A stretch of DNA of 64,000 bases from Pseudovirgaria hyperparasitica (lineage: Eukaryota): NCBI GenBank assembly GCA_010093815.1, contig ML996579.1; one strand, given 5' to 3'. Positions 33,543-43,352 of this stretch are shown here, piece by piece. Made by a program: the position numbers and the translations under genes. The notes under the pieces are model-generated. The model saw only the letters and a program-made list of their open reading frames with translations. It was not told the DNA's origin and made no database searches. The number at the start of each line of letters is the position of its first letter. Positions within the stretch are counted from its first letter, which is position 1.

Positions 33543-36500
33543 CTATGCGAAATAGCTCTTCCACAACACGCCCTCCAGGTCCTCCAGCTGCTCGGATTCG
33601 AAAGCCTGCATTGTGTGTTAGCTAGCGGTCTATACATCAAGCCCCCCCCTGGGCTGCTGGAATATGCGCGTCCTACCTTGACGTCCACGTGCCAGGTGTC
33701 CTGCCTCGTCTTCTTAAAGTCGGCCAGGATCGTCTTGACGCTCTTGCCGACCGTGCCCGCGTCGTTTGCCGCGCGCAGCGCCAGCGTCGCGAGCACCTCC
33801 GGCAGCCAGCTGGGCGGCGGACTCGTGTAGGGAAAGGCCTGCACGAGCGCGCCCAGCCCCAGCACCGCGGCGTGCCGCGTCAGGATGAGCTTGCTGTGGT
33901 CTGGCGTCGGCGTGCCTGGCATGCGTTTCTTGGGCAGTGGGTTCCTTCGAAGCGTGGCCGTGAACTGGTCTTTGAACTTCTTCACCATCCGGTCGCGCAG
34001 GTGGAGGGGTGAGCAGCGGATCATGCCGGACAGCGTCGTTGCTGCCCCCAGGCGGACCTCGAGCTGTGCATCCGCAAGCATGGCCGATACGCAGTCAAAC
34101 AGCGCTTGCTGCTGCTTCTCGGACATGAGGAAGAGACGGCGGAAGTATATGATCTGCATGTTGATGAGCACGCGGAGGCGCTGGTGCCACGACGTTGCAT
34201 TGCGACTGATGCGGATGAGGGCCGAGATGAACTCCTCGTCCTCGCCAGCACGGTGGGGGATGTTTGGCATGTGGCGGAACACATGGTATGCGAGAGACTG
34301 CAGCTCGGGGTCTTCCTTAATGTCCATCATGTGGAGCAGCTGCTCCGTAAACACGTTCGGGAAGAACTGGATGAGCTGTGTGCACTCGTACGAGGCGAGC
34401 GTAGAGTCAAGCCAGAGCAGCACCGTCTTACCGCCCTGCGTGTACGACGACGGCGCCTGCTGCCCAGGCTCTCGTTCCCTTCTCCACCTTTCGAGCCTTT
34501 CAAAGACCTCAGTAACGGTGTCGGCATACTCCTTGCTCGGCTGGTACGGACGGATACCAATCGAGGACGATTCACGCTGCGCTTGCATCAAGCTGTCAAT
34601 GTCTGGGTATGCCTCGTGGTATCGAGTCCTGTGGATACTGGCAATGGTAGTGCCCATTGCCTCCCGTACTCCCTTGTAAGGGTGGTCTAGGTGTTTCATA
34701 AAGTCTTCCAAGATCGGCTTCTCCAGCTGAAAGTGCCAGCCTGCATCCAGAATGGCCTGCTGCAACAGCTGGATCTTCGAGCTCTCCTTGAACGCTGCGT
34801 TCGATGTCATGTCGAGGCGGAAGCTAGCAAGCCAGTCTATGAGCGGCCAGCTACGGCGCGGGTCTTTGCCTTGGAGCACAAGATGCAGGAACGTCGTCCA
34901 GTAATTCGAGTTCTCCGGCGTCAGTCCATCTTTGAAGATGTCCCGAATGAGCGGAAACGTATATTCCCAAACCTTTGTCCGCAGCTCGGGCCTGAGGTCC
35001 GGTGCGCAGCATAGAAAGGCTCCCATAATCTCCGCAGTCGCTCGGTGCTGATGTTTGTCACTTCCGTCCCCAAAGACAGACTGTGTGAGATCCTTGACAT
35101 CCTCAAAGCTGGCCTCCGCAAGCCCGGCGAAGACGAGCTCGAAAGCGTGCGTGAGCATCATCGCACTCGACATCCTGAACCGATCAGCGCCCGAATCTCT
35201 CGGTTCCTGCTTCATATATGCGAAAAACATCGAGAACCAGTGCCGATCAAGCAATTTGCCAATCTGCTTGCGGGTGTTGATTTCGACCTCGTCATAGTCG
35301 AGCGGGGGAGCCTCCGGTTTGAAGACCGGCATCTTCTTGTTCCAGACTAGCCATCCCGGGTAGTTGAAGTCAACGTAGTACTTGGCTTCAGGCTTTGCAA
35401 AGCTTTCAAGATACTCCCGAGTCCAGGCTGAATCACCACGCCCTGTATGGACCTCGGTCTTATCGGGAAGCTCCTCTTCGCCGAGAAGGTAATTCTCATA
35501 GTCATGAAAAGTCAGCGCCCGCGTCTGGATCAGAGAGAACAGTCCAACTAAGGCACCAGCATACAGCCCCCGGAGACTCGGATGCGGATCTATGGCTCCC
35601 TTGGTGATCAAATCGACCAACTCCCGCGATGCCAGGCTGTCAAAACGAGTGCCAAGATTGACGACAATGGCTGTCGTGCGACTTGCCTTCTTCCAATGCG
35701 ACGTTCGCGCAAGTTCAATCAGATCAATCGCCAATTGCGTCTTCTTAGTTTCAATCCTCGTACGTTTCTTCTTGATAAAGTTGCGTCGTTTTGAGATCTT
35801 ATCCTGCGTCTCTGGCGACTCGCGGTTCTCAAAAGCCACGGCAATCCCTTCCACAATGTCCTGATCAAGAATCACCATGCGCTCCAGGGGTTTGCCCATG
35901 TCCATTACCGAGAACGTAGCGTTGGACGCAAGCTTTTGAACGGACGGCTTATCAGCCCCGGTGACTTCTATAAAGGCCTTGATCAAAGTGGGCGTGAACC
36001 GCCAGTCGCGGCTGATGGTCTTTGCCAGACTACCGAACAAGAGGGAGAACATTGCACCCTTGATCCGGGGAAAGTCATTCTCCTTCACTGCTTTCTCCAA
36101 TGCTGTGAGTAGAGGCGGGATCACGACAGGTCGAGCTCCGATGATACATTTCACCGCAGATTCGTTGGCCGTCTGCGCAGTTCGTCTGATTTCGGTGTAG
36201 AGTGATACGCTCGAGTATGCCAAATCTAGTAACAGAATCTTCTCCAGCTCCGTCTTGCGCCGAGGATTTGCATTGTGCCTTAGGCGCTGCAGATGGTACA
36301 CGTTGGCGCGACGTACGAGCAGAGGACGAGGATAGTCTTTCCGAAGTCCGCTGAACTTGAATGGGTGTACGTCGGCTTGTAGCAGACGTTGGACTCTGTC
36401 GAGAACATGTGCGGAGCGTTCGATACCAACATCAATAAACCACGAGCGGTAGGCGTTGTAGAGGGAATTGAAACACGGTACGTCATCTTCTTGCTGGGTG

Positions 36501-39500
36501 GTCAAGAAGTCGTGGACACAATGAAGCGTCTCGCCAACATCTCGTCGAAGTTCGTGGATCATATTGTATTGTGAGCCTCCGCGCTCTAACGGGTAGCCCG
36601 ACTCGTACTGAAACGTTGGCTTGACCTCTTCATCTTCAGCCTCCCCGAGGCCCCCATCTTCTTCGAGGCCTTCAGTATCAGCTCCATTCGCCTGGGTCGA
36701 TGTGTCGTCGATGTCCATATGGTCGTCGCCCAGTTGATGCTTCGGATCGAAAAGAACTGATATCCCTGATAGAATGAGACGGAGTAGGACAAGGTTTCTC
36801 GAAACCTCGTCAGACCAGTCTTTACCAGTGCCATCACGCTTTATAGGTGACTTGTCTCCAGTTAACGCATTTAAAGCTGTTATGGCGTGGTTTGCCTGCG
36901 ATTTGAACAGTTCAACGGCAAAGTCTACCTCCTCGGGACGTGGCTTGTGCCATTTCACATCCAGGCTTTTGGGGTCTGGTATGTGGCCCCAACTCTTTGC
37001 GCTCAAGCCGGACTCTACCTGCTCATCTTCGTATATCGCATAGTCGATCGTATAGGTCATGGTAAGATTGAGCAGGAGGTGGTGTATGAAGTTGGAGATG
37101 TGGACGGTAGGAATACCCTTGCATCGCTCCTGCATGAATAGGGCGATATCGAAGAGTTCCTGTCGCCAATCAAGGACGGCATCGCCAATATGCACAACGC
37201 ACATGCTCAGCAGGCTGATATTCCACACCAAGGCGCGATCCCTGGGGAATACTTCTGAACCGGTTGTTCTAGTAGACCCAGCGCCGTTCTCGTCAATCTC
37301 TTCTCTGATCCGTGCAATGAGCTCAGGCAATAGCCGTTTAAGGGCCTTTTTCGGGTTTATCTTGACCAGACCATTGCAAATGAACGCCATTGCATCTCGC
37401 GCTTGGTGTATAACATGATTGGTAACGAAATTGGCAATCTTCTCCAGAGCGAGATCGTACAGCTCAGGCGATAGAGCTGCAAGAAGTGGAGTCATTGCTG
37501 CGGGAAGCGTGTTGACAACGTTCTCCTCTGGTGAGCCACTTCTTACTCGCGAGGCATCCGGAAGGTTCTCCAACAGGGTGAATACACGGCCCAAGAACGA
37601 ACTCAGAAACTCCGACAGCCCTGTCGTGGACGATCGTAGGATCAACTCTTCCTCATGATCTGACAACTCCTCGTTGTAATCAATCTCGATCCCTGCTCCT
37701 GCGTTCTCGAGGCGCTCCACTTGAGACGTGATCCACTGCATGGCAATCGTAGTGTCAACTGGCTCTTCGATGGGTGTCTCTGCACCTTCTCTGTGACCGT
37801 TGCTAGACCCGTTGATCTGTTTTTGCTCTTTCGTCAAGTCGTGGAAGGGAACGACGTAGCAGACACCCTGGATATACGACAGCGTGTGGAGCGTCTTGTC
37901 CAAATCATTCGCGTCAATACCCGGAAGAGCCAGACCCAAGACAGCTGTGACGTGACACCTGAAGCCCTTTGTGCGTGCCATAATCTTCGAAAGCATGTGC
38001 AAAGCTCTAATTGAGGATATCGTCCTATGCACCTCCACAAGACCTTGCATGGCGGGATATATTTTCTGCAAAGCTCCTGGAAGGATCAGGTTCGGCTCAA
38101 GGTAGGCAAGGCTTTGGAGAGTTTGCAGAGAGTAGCTCATAGCTGTACCGCTTTTGGCAAATATTCCCATAAAGACAACCTCCCTCAAGCACAGCACAAA
38201 TCGCCTTCGCAACGGCGCAGTAAGCCTCCGTGACTCTGGAACTTCCATCTCGCCGCTATGCTCTCGATTCCATCTCATGACGAAGAAGTCTGCCAAGTAA
38301 AACACAAGCTGAGACAGTGTTTTCGTCCAGCTTCCAGAGTTTGAAGGATGAAAGAATGTTTCGATGGCTTGTATTAGTCCTTCCAGCTTCACCAGGATAG
38401 AATCAGGATGTGTCAGACAAGCAGGCGATAGGGACATGACGATCCAGCGTGCAATATGGTGAGCGATAGGATGTTTTCGTTGATCCCGATCTAGCATAAT
38501 AGCCAAACCCGCCATGAGATCTACTGTACTGCTATAAGGAGAAGTGGCCTGCCCTACTGGAATCTCCAGCATCCGCAATATAGCTGTAAATATTAGCTCC
38601 GATTGCTCTGCAGTAAATATACCATGGTGGGAAAATGGAATGTGTTCAACTGTCAGGGTGTCGCGTGCCATTCGGGAGGCGATGTCGAGAAACTGAATAT
38701 CGAACAGTCTCGATCTGTTGATCAGCGACCATATATGGAAGAATGTGGGTAGAAAATGTTGAGGATATAGCTCTTTCTGCCCTTCCGGTGGAGGATTCGT
38801 GGGCAAGAGAAGGTTTAGCAACCCAACCACGACGTATGCCTCTTCGGTGAAAGAAGTGCTAAAAAATGGAAGGAATTCTTCAAACATCTTCGGTATCTCT
38901 TGCGGGTCGAAGTAGAGCTGTGCGAATGTGCAGAGTTTCGTCAACGTTCGAATGTTTCGTTTCACATTGGCTGGTCTCGAGGTTCCTGTTTCTGAAGGAA
39001 GAACAAACACCTTCAATTCCTTGTACAGCGGCCTCCAATCGAGCGTCAAGTCTTTATTGGGCCGCAGGTAGTGCTTGCGTCTGCGTGAATGTCAGTGACA
39101 GCATCTTGAATATAGGGTCGGCACTGGTGCTTACTTTGTCAAAACCATAAACATGCTGGCAAAACGCTCTGCAACCAGGTAGTCCAGGCCAGGGGCAAGC
39201 GCAAGTTCATAGTATAGCTTAACCAGGCTTATCCTCACATCCCGCGGCATGTCGAACTTTAGTGACAGCCACCCCCGAATCTCTCTTGTCCAGTGTACTG
39301 CCCCAGGAGCAAAGTCGCCTGCCGCCACCGCGATATACAGGTGCTCGATGCATGTTTGGAGATTCTCCTGGCTCACTGACGGATCCTCTGTGGTATATGG
39401 AAGGTATCTGAAGTATGGAAACGTCCGAGGCCGACTCCGATCCTCGAGTTTGCCTCTGTCTTCCCCGTACACATGTCCGTTTGTGGATCGCCAGCCTCCA

Positions 39501-39586
39501 CCCGGCGAAGTAGCACGAGATATGTCAGTCGGAGCGGAAGTGTCTTCTGTACTCATAAGTTGCGCTATGCGATCGTTCGCTGCCAT
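33543..39586 (-). CDS. BLM10: Proteasome activator Blm10/PA200 (PSME4), 3 exons
   Basis: Exons 39586-39135, 39080-33677 and 33605-33543, about 1970 aa of HEAT-like sequence. Motifs ETFFHPSNSGSW, LPGIDANDLDKT, RHAAVLGLGALVQAFPY and FKKTRQDTW. The spliced end reads LEGVLWKSYFA*, like the YYA terminus of yeast Blm10. Confidence 0.96.
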
Positions 39587-39850
39587 GATGTCGTGGAGCA
39601 GGCGTTAACGGAGGTAAGCGGCGCAGAACGGAGGTAAATAGGAGGAGGATTTGAGGGAAGGAAGTCGCGGACGGTCATCAACGATATCTGTGCGACGTCA
39701 ATGGACACGGTCTTCGTGGTCTGCTGCAAGCGCGGGTTAGTGAGGCTGCTGTGGGATGAGAAATGAATTGTGATGGGCCTTGACACGACACTACGCGGCA
39801 GCGATGATCTGGCGGTCGTACAATACCTACCAGGCAGGGTAATGCTTACG

Positions 39851-39859
39851 AGTGGCAAA
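39851..39859 (+). promoter_or_regulatory. PACE-like (Rpn4) motif AGTGGCAAA upstream of BLM10
   Basis: One base from GGTGGCAAA, about 265 bp upstream of a proteasome-associated gene. Confidence 0.4.
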
Positions 39860-40266
39860 GGTGGGAGACTTTCCAAGGGGGTTCGACGTAACAGTCTCAG
39901 AGCGCACAAAGCTCTATAAAGGCGAGTAAAAGAGCTGCTGGTCGTCGGGTGGTGCTGATGGGAGTTGAGATGATAGAAATGGTCGAGGAGCTAGTGCCAC
40001 AAGGCTGCGGTGATGATGCAAGTTGAGTTCTCAACACTACTCTGCATTCATGTGTATTACTGCAAGCGGATAAATGCTTTACTGAATGAAAGCAATGGAT
40101 CAAGCTCGCCGCACACAGACAAGCTAAAGACTCGAATTCAAGAACAGTATTGACATGTAGAGTCTAGGTATGGTAGATGATGGTAGACAAACTTCGAAGT
40201 TGGGGGCCGATAGACTGAAGGCGTAGGCTAAGCTGCCTTTTATGGAGTGTTAAAGGACTATTAAGG

Positions 40267-40506
40267 CGCGTAGGCAGTCGCGCGACACGCGGTACTCGAC
40301 ATAACTTTGGGACCTTGTATGCATAACACGTAAGTGTCGGATCTTGCAACTATTACACAGCCTTCCTACATCACTATCTACAAATTACTTCCATCAGCTT
40401 CTTCTCCTGTCCCAAGGAAGGTAAATCGTATTGTTAAGAGTGTTGGTACCTAAGGCACTCTTTTATCCAACGCCCCCACGCGCGCCTGTTGGAGTTACGT
40501 AGCGCG
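40267..40506. promoter_or_regulatory. Cluster of MCB-like CGCG/ACGCG motifs upstream of PSF3
   Basis: CGCGT at 40267, CGCGCGA at 40279, ACGCG at 40287 and 40478, GCGCGC at 40502, all upstream of a DNA replication gene. Confidence 0.4.
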
Positions 40507-40609
40507 CTTCCGGTGTGTTGACCTCCTAGGTGGTTAGGTGTATACTATATACGCCATCAAAGTGTGTATATAATACGCAGTACTGGATCTGGTCTTACCA
40601 TCACTCACC

Positions 40610-41256
40610 ATGTCGTCCTACTATTCACCCTCGGCCCTTCTCACTGATGCGCAAAAAGTGCCGTGTACCTTCACTCTTACTGTGCCCGGTCTTGGCTATC
40701 TCGACGCAACACCAGAGGCCGACCTTGCATCTGGCACCAAGGTCTCTCTACCATTGTGGCTAGGCGAGATGCTCGCCATAAGTCAAAACCTCTCGACCTC
40801 CTCTCTTGTCAAGCTCGACTTCCCCCCAGCCTTGAGCGAGAGGGTGTTGAATGCTCTAAAGGCAGATCCACGCACCGTCGACCTGCGGCAGCAAGCAGCA
40901 AACTTTTACGCGCTAGGCATCAGGATGCTAGATTTATTCGAGCATGAGGAGATGGGAGAGGTATTGACTGAAGTAAGCTTCGAGAGAGTGTCTTGCTATG
41001 GACTGTACGGTTAAAAGTGTGCTCAGACATTCAAGACACGTGCCGCTTCTATAGCGGACCAAGCGCATAATCCTAGAGGCGCTTTGGGCGAAGGTGCCGA
41101 CTTCCTGCGTGGACTAGATGAGAGTGAACGCGAGCGTAGGTCATCCTTAAGCGAGCACGCGCATAAATATACTCACAACGCCCTCCAGTGTTCAAGGCCG
41201 CTCACGACAGTTCCAAAGCTGTACGGACGTGGATGGCGGAGATCAGTAAGAAATGA
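40610..41256 (+). CDS. PSF3: GINS complex subunit Psf3 (3 exons)
   Basis: MSSYYSPSALLTDAQKVPCTF, LPLWLGEML and VLNALKADPRTVDLR. Introns 40973..41026 and about 41136..41188. The spliced end reads FLRGLDESERELFKAAHDSSKAVRTWMAEISKK*. Confidence 0.93.
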
Positions 41257-41540
41257 GTGGCGACCATGGAGCAGACTCAAGGATACTGGCGTTTTAATCT
41301 GCAGAGGGATGACTTGCATTGCACAGGCGTTCAAAAGAGGGTACAAGCGCGTTTTACTAATATAAACGTGTGTATATATATGATACGTATTAGTATGACT
41401 ACATAGACCGGAGGAAATCTTTGAGCCATCTGAACTATGCTCACGCTTTGCGAAAGGCCTCGTGTGCACATGCCGTTGCATCGGCGCAGAGCAAAACACA
41501 CACAAGTATGGTATAGAACGCCTTACAGAAAATTTTAGAC

Positions 41541-43352
41541 TCAAGACTTGTTGAACATATTTGCGAGGTTTCCTCCAAATAGTTCTTTGATCTGGTCAGG
41601 AGAGTATCCAATGAATACTGGCCCAGAAAACACCATCTGTGGTGTGTTAGTTGGGCGCACAACCTGTGCATCATGTTTCATGGCTGGTGCTGGACATTTG
41701 GCTGGATCCGCTTGAACTGGGTATGGTTGAGGCGGAGGTAACAATTCGTCGTTGTGATGGACGGCTCGTTGCGGTTCGGTCGATTTGGCATCAGCAATAT
41801 CAGTTCCAGGTTGCTCCGACTTAATTGCGTGTGGAGGTTGCAAACCTGGCAACTGCATCTTGGTATGATCAAAGGGACACTTGCCGGCGGGCATGGTGGG
41901 TGGGGGCATCTGTTCCAACTGCGGTGAGGCTGTAGCTGGTGATGCGTTTGAAATGACGCTTCCTGCCCGCGAGTACTTGAGAGGAACTTGAATACCCCAT
42001 GGTCTCGACGGCGATTCGCCGACACGAACTTCCTTCATGGGTCGATCAAAACGGGACTCCCTATCCTCATCCAAATCGGCTGTTTCCTCCTCCTGAATAC
42101 CGTTCGGTAGGACAGCCTCGCCATTCTCCATGCTGTTATTGACAGTATTCGCCCACTTTTGTATCTTGGAGACGTCTCTATCCTCCGGATCAACATCGGG
42201 GTCTTCCTCGTCTTCGACAAGATTCAGAGGTAGGAGTGGCTGGTGCTTCTGCCCAAGACCTTGGATCATGGACACGAGATTCCCATACTTATTGTCGAGC
42301 TGTCGGATCTGGTCCGCGTTACTCTGGAATCGCTTGATACACACTTCGTGTGACCTTGGAATCTCATGTTTGTGCTTTTCAAAATAGCTCGCGACCTCTT
42401 CTGGTTTATGCTGGTCCAGGAAGCGAATCGGACAGACAGCCGTGGTAGCCTCCTCCACATTCACTTCGGGGGTCTTCCCTGCCATGGAATCTCTGCCACA
42501 TATTTCTGCCTGTATGGGGTCACGGAAAGACGATGTTCTCGAATGTCGAGTGTTCGAGCTCGAGTTGACCTTTGACACGGAGCTTCTCCGGCTTGTAAAG
42601 GAACGTCGAAGGTTGCTGGGAGTTCGGACTTTTGCGAACGGGCAATTTAGCTTGCTTGGCGTTCCTGGGATGGTGAAGTCCCGCTCAAGTACGTGTGCAT
42701 CGGCTGGCTCAGTTTGTCCATTGGGTTGTTCTGCAATGTCAGGCAGTTTGTCGGTAGATACACCATTCCAGATCTTGACACCATCCACTTCTTTAATAGC
42801 TGCATGCTCTTTCAACTTCTCACACGCTAGCTCGGCCTGTATTATCACATACGCGTTGTTCCTTCGCTGCGATAAGGTGTGCTTCGAGAGCTTCTCGAGC
42901 CAGTTTGTATCACCATGTCTTGGGCTTTTTCCGGCTTCCTCTAGCTCCTCGAGGTATTCTTTGCGATCCTGAGTGGAGTCTTCAATGAGGTCTGTCGAGC
43001 ATCGCTGAATGATATCCAGATGCTGCAGTCCATTGATTAGTCGAGTGAGGTGGGCTAAGCAAAAGAAAAGTATTGCATTCCGGTAAGACAACGGGTCAGA
43101 ACATAACAAAGAGTGTCTCTCATAGCATATAGCTAGAGATCTAGAGCTAAGTTTGATCATCACAAAAATGACAAGGGATAGTGGTGGAAACATGTATGGT
43201 ATAAAACTCACCTGTTGTTTAGCCCAGTTCAGCTGCTCTTCAAGCTGCCTATGCCGGTCGAGAAGGATTCTATACTCTGCAGACAGGGCGATGAAGCCTT
43301 CTGTAAGCTGGTCGGCGAGTAGAGCTATTGATCGCGTGTGTTCTGCAGCCAT
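41541..43352 (-). CDS. Conserved fungal hypothetical protein (N-terminal coiled coil, Cys-Pro motifs); candidate snoRNA host gene, 2 exons
   Basis: ATG 43352. Intron 43211..43023 (GTGAGT...CTAAT...CAG, 189 nt, in frame). Conserved-looking block CPIRFLDQHKPEEVASYFEKHKHEIPRSHEVC and C-terminus FSGPVFIGY. Confidence 0.85.
   Translation of the reverse strand: MAAEHTRSIALLADQLTEGFIALSAEYRILLDRHRQLEEQLNWAKQQVSFIPYMFPPLSLVIFVMIKLSSRSLAICYERHSLLCSDPLSYRNAILFFCLAHLTRLINGLQHLDIIQRCSTDLIEDSTQDRKEYLEELEEAGKSPRHGDTNWLEKLSKHTLSQRRNNAYVIIQAELACEKLKEHAAIKEVDGVKIWNGVSTDKLPDIAEQPNGQTEPADAHVLERDFTIPGTPSKLNCPFAKVRTPSNLRRSFTSRRSSVSKVNSSSNTRHSRTSSFRDPIQAEICGRDSMAGKTPEVNVEEATTAVCPIRFLDQHKPEEVASYFEKHKHEIPRSHEVCIKRFQSNADQIRQLDNKYGNLVSMIQGLGQKHQPLLPLNLVEDEEDPDVDPEDRDVSKIQKWANTVNNSMENGEAVLPNGIQEEETADLDEDRESRFDRPMKEVRVGESPSRPWGIQVPLKYSRAGSVISNASPATASPQLEQMPPPTMPAGKCPFDHTKMQLPGLQPPHAIKSEQPGTDIADAKSTEPQRAVHHNDELLPPPQPYPVQADPAKCPAPAMKHDAQVVRPTNTPQMVFSGPVFIGYSPDQIKELFGGNLANMFNKS
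43092..43167 (-). ncRNA. Candidate intronic box C/D snoRNA with guide antisense to 18S rRNA (region targeted by vertebrate U44/U45)
   Basis: On the - strand: C box GTGATGA (43163-43157), guide TTAGCTCTAGA complementary to the conserved 18S sequence UCUAGAGCUAA, and D box CTGA (43099-43096). It lies about 70 nt from the 3' splice site of an unusually long intron. Confidence 0.72.

Noticed and set aside
33386..33676. C-terminal extension of the 1887-aa track ORF (VGRAYSSSPGG...)
   Set aside because: Read-through of the last BLM10 intron. The spliced product ends ...SYFA* at 33543.
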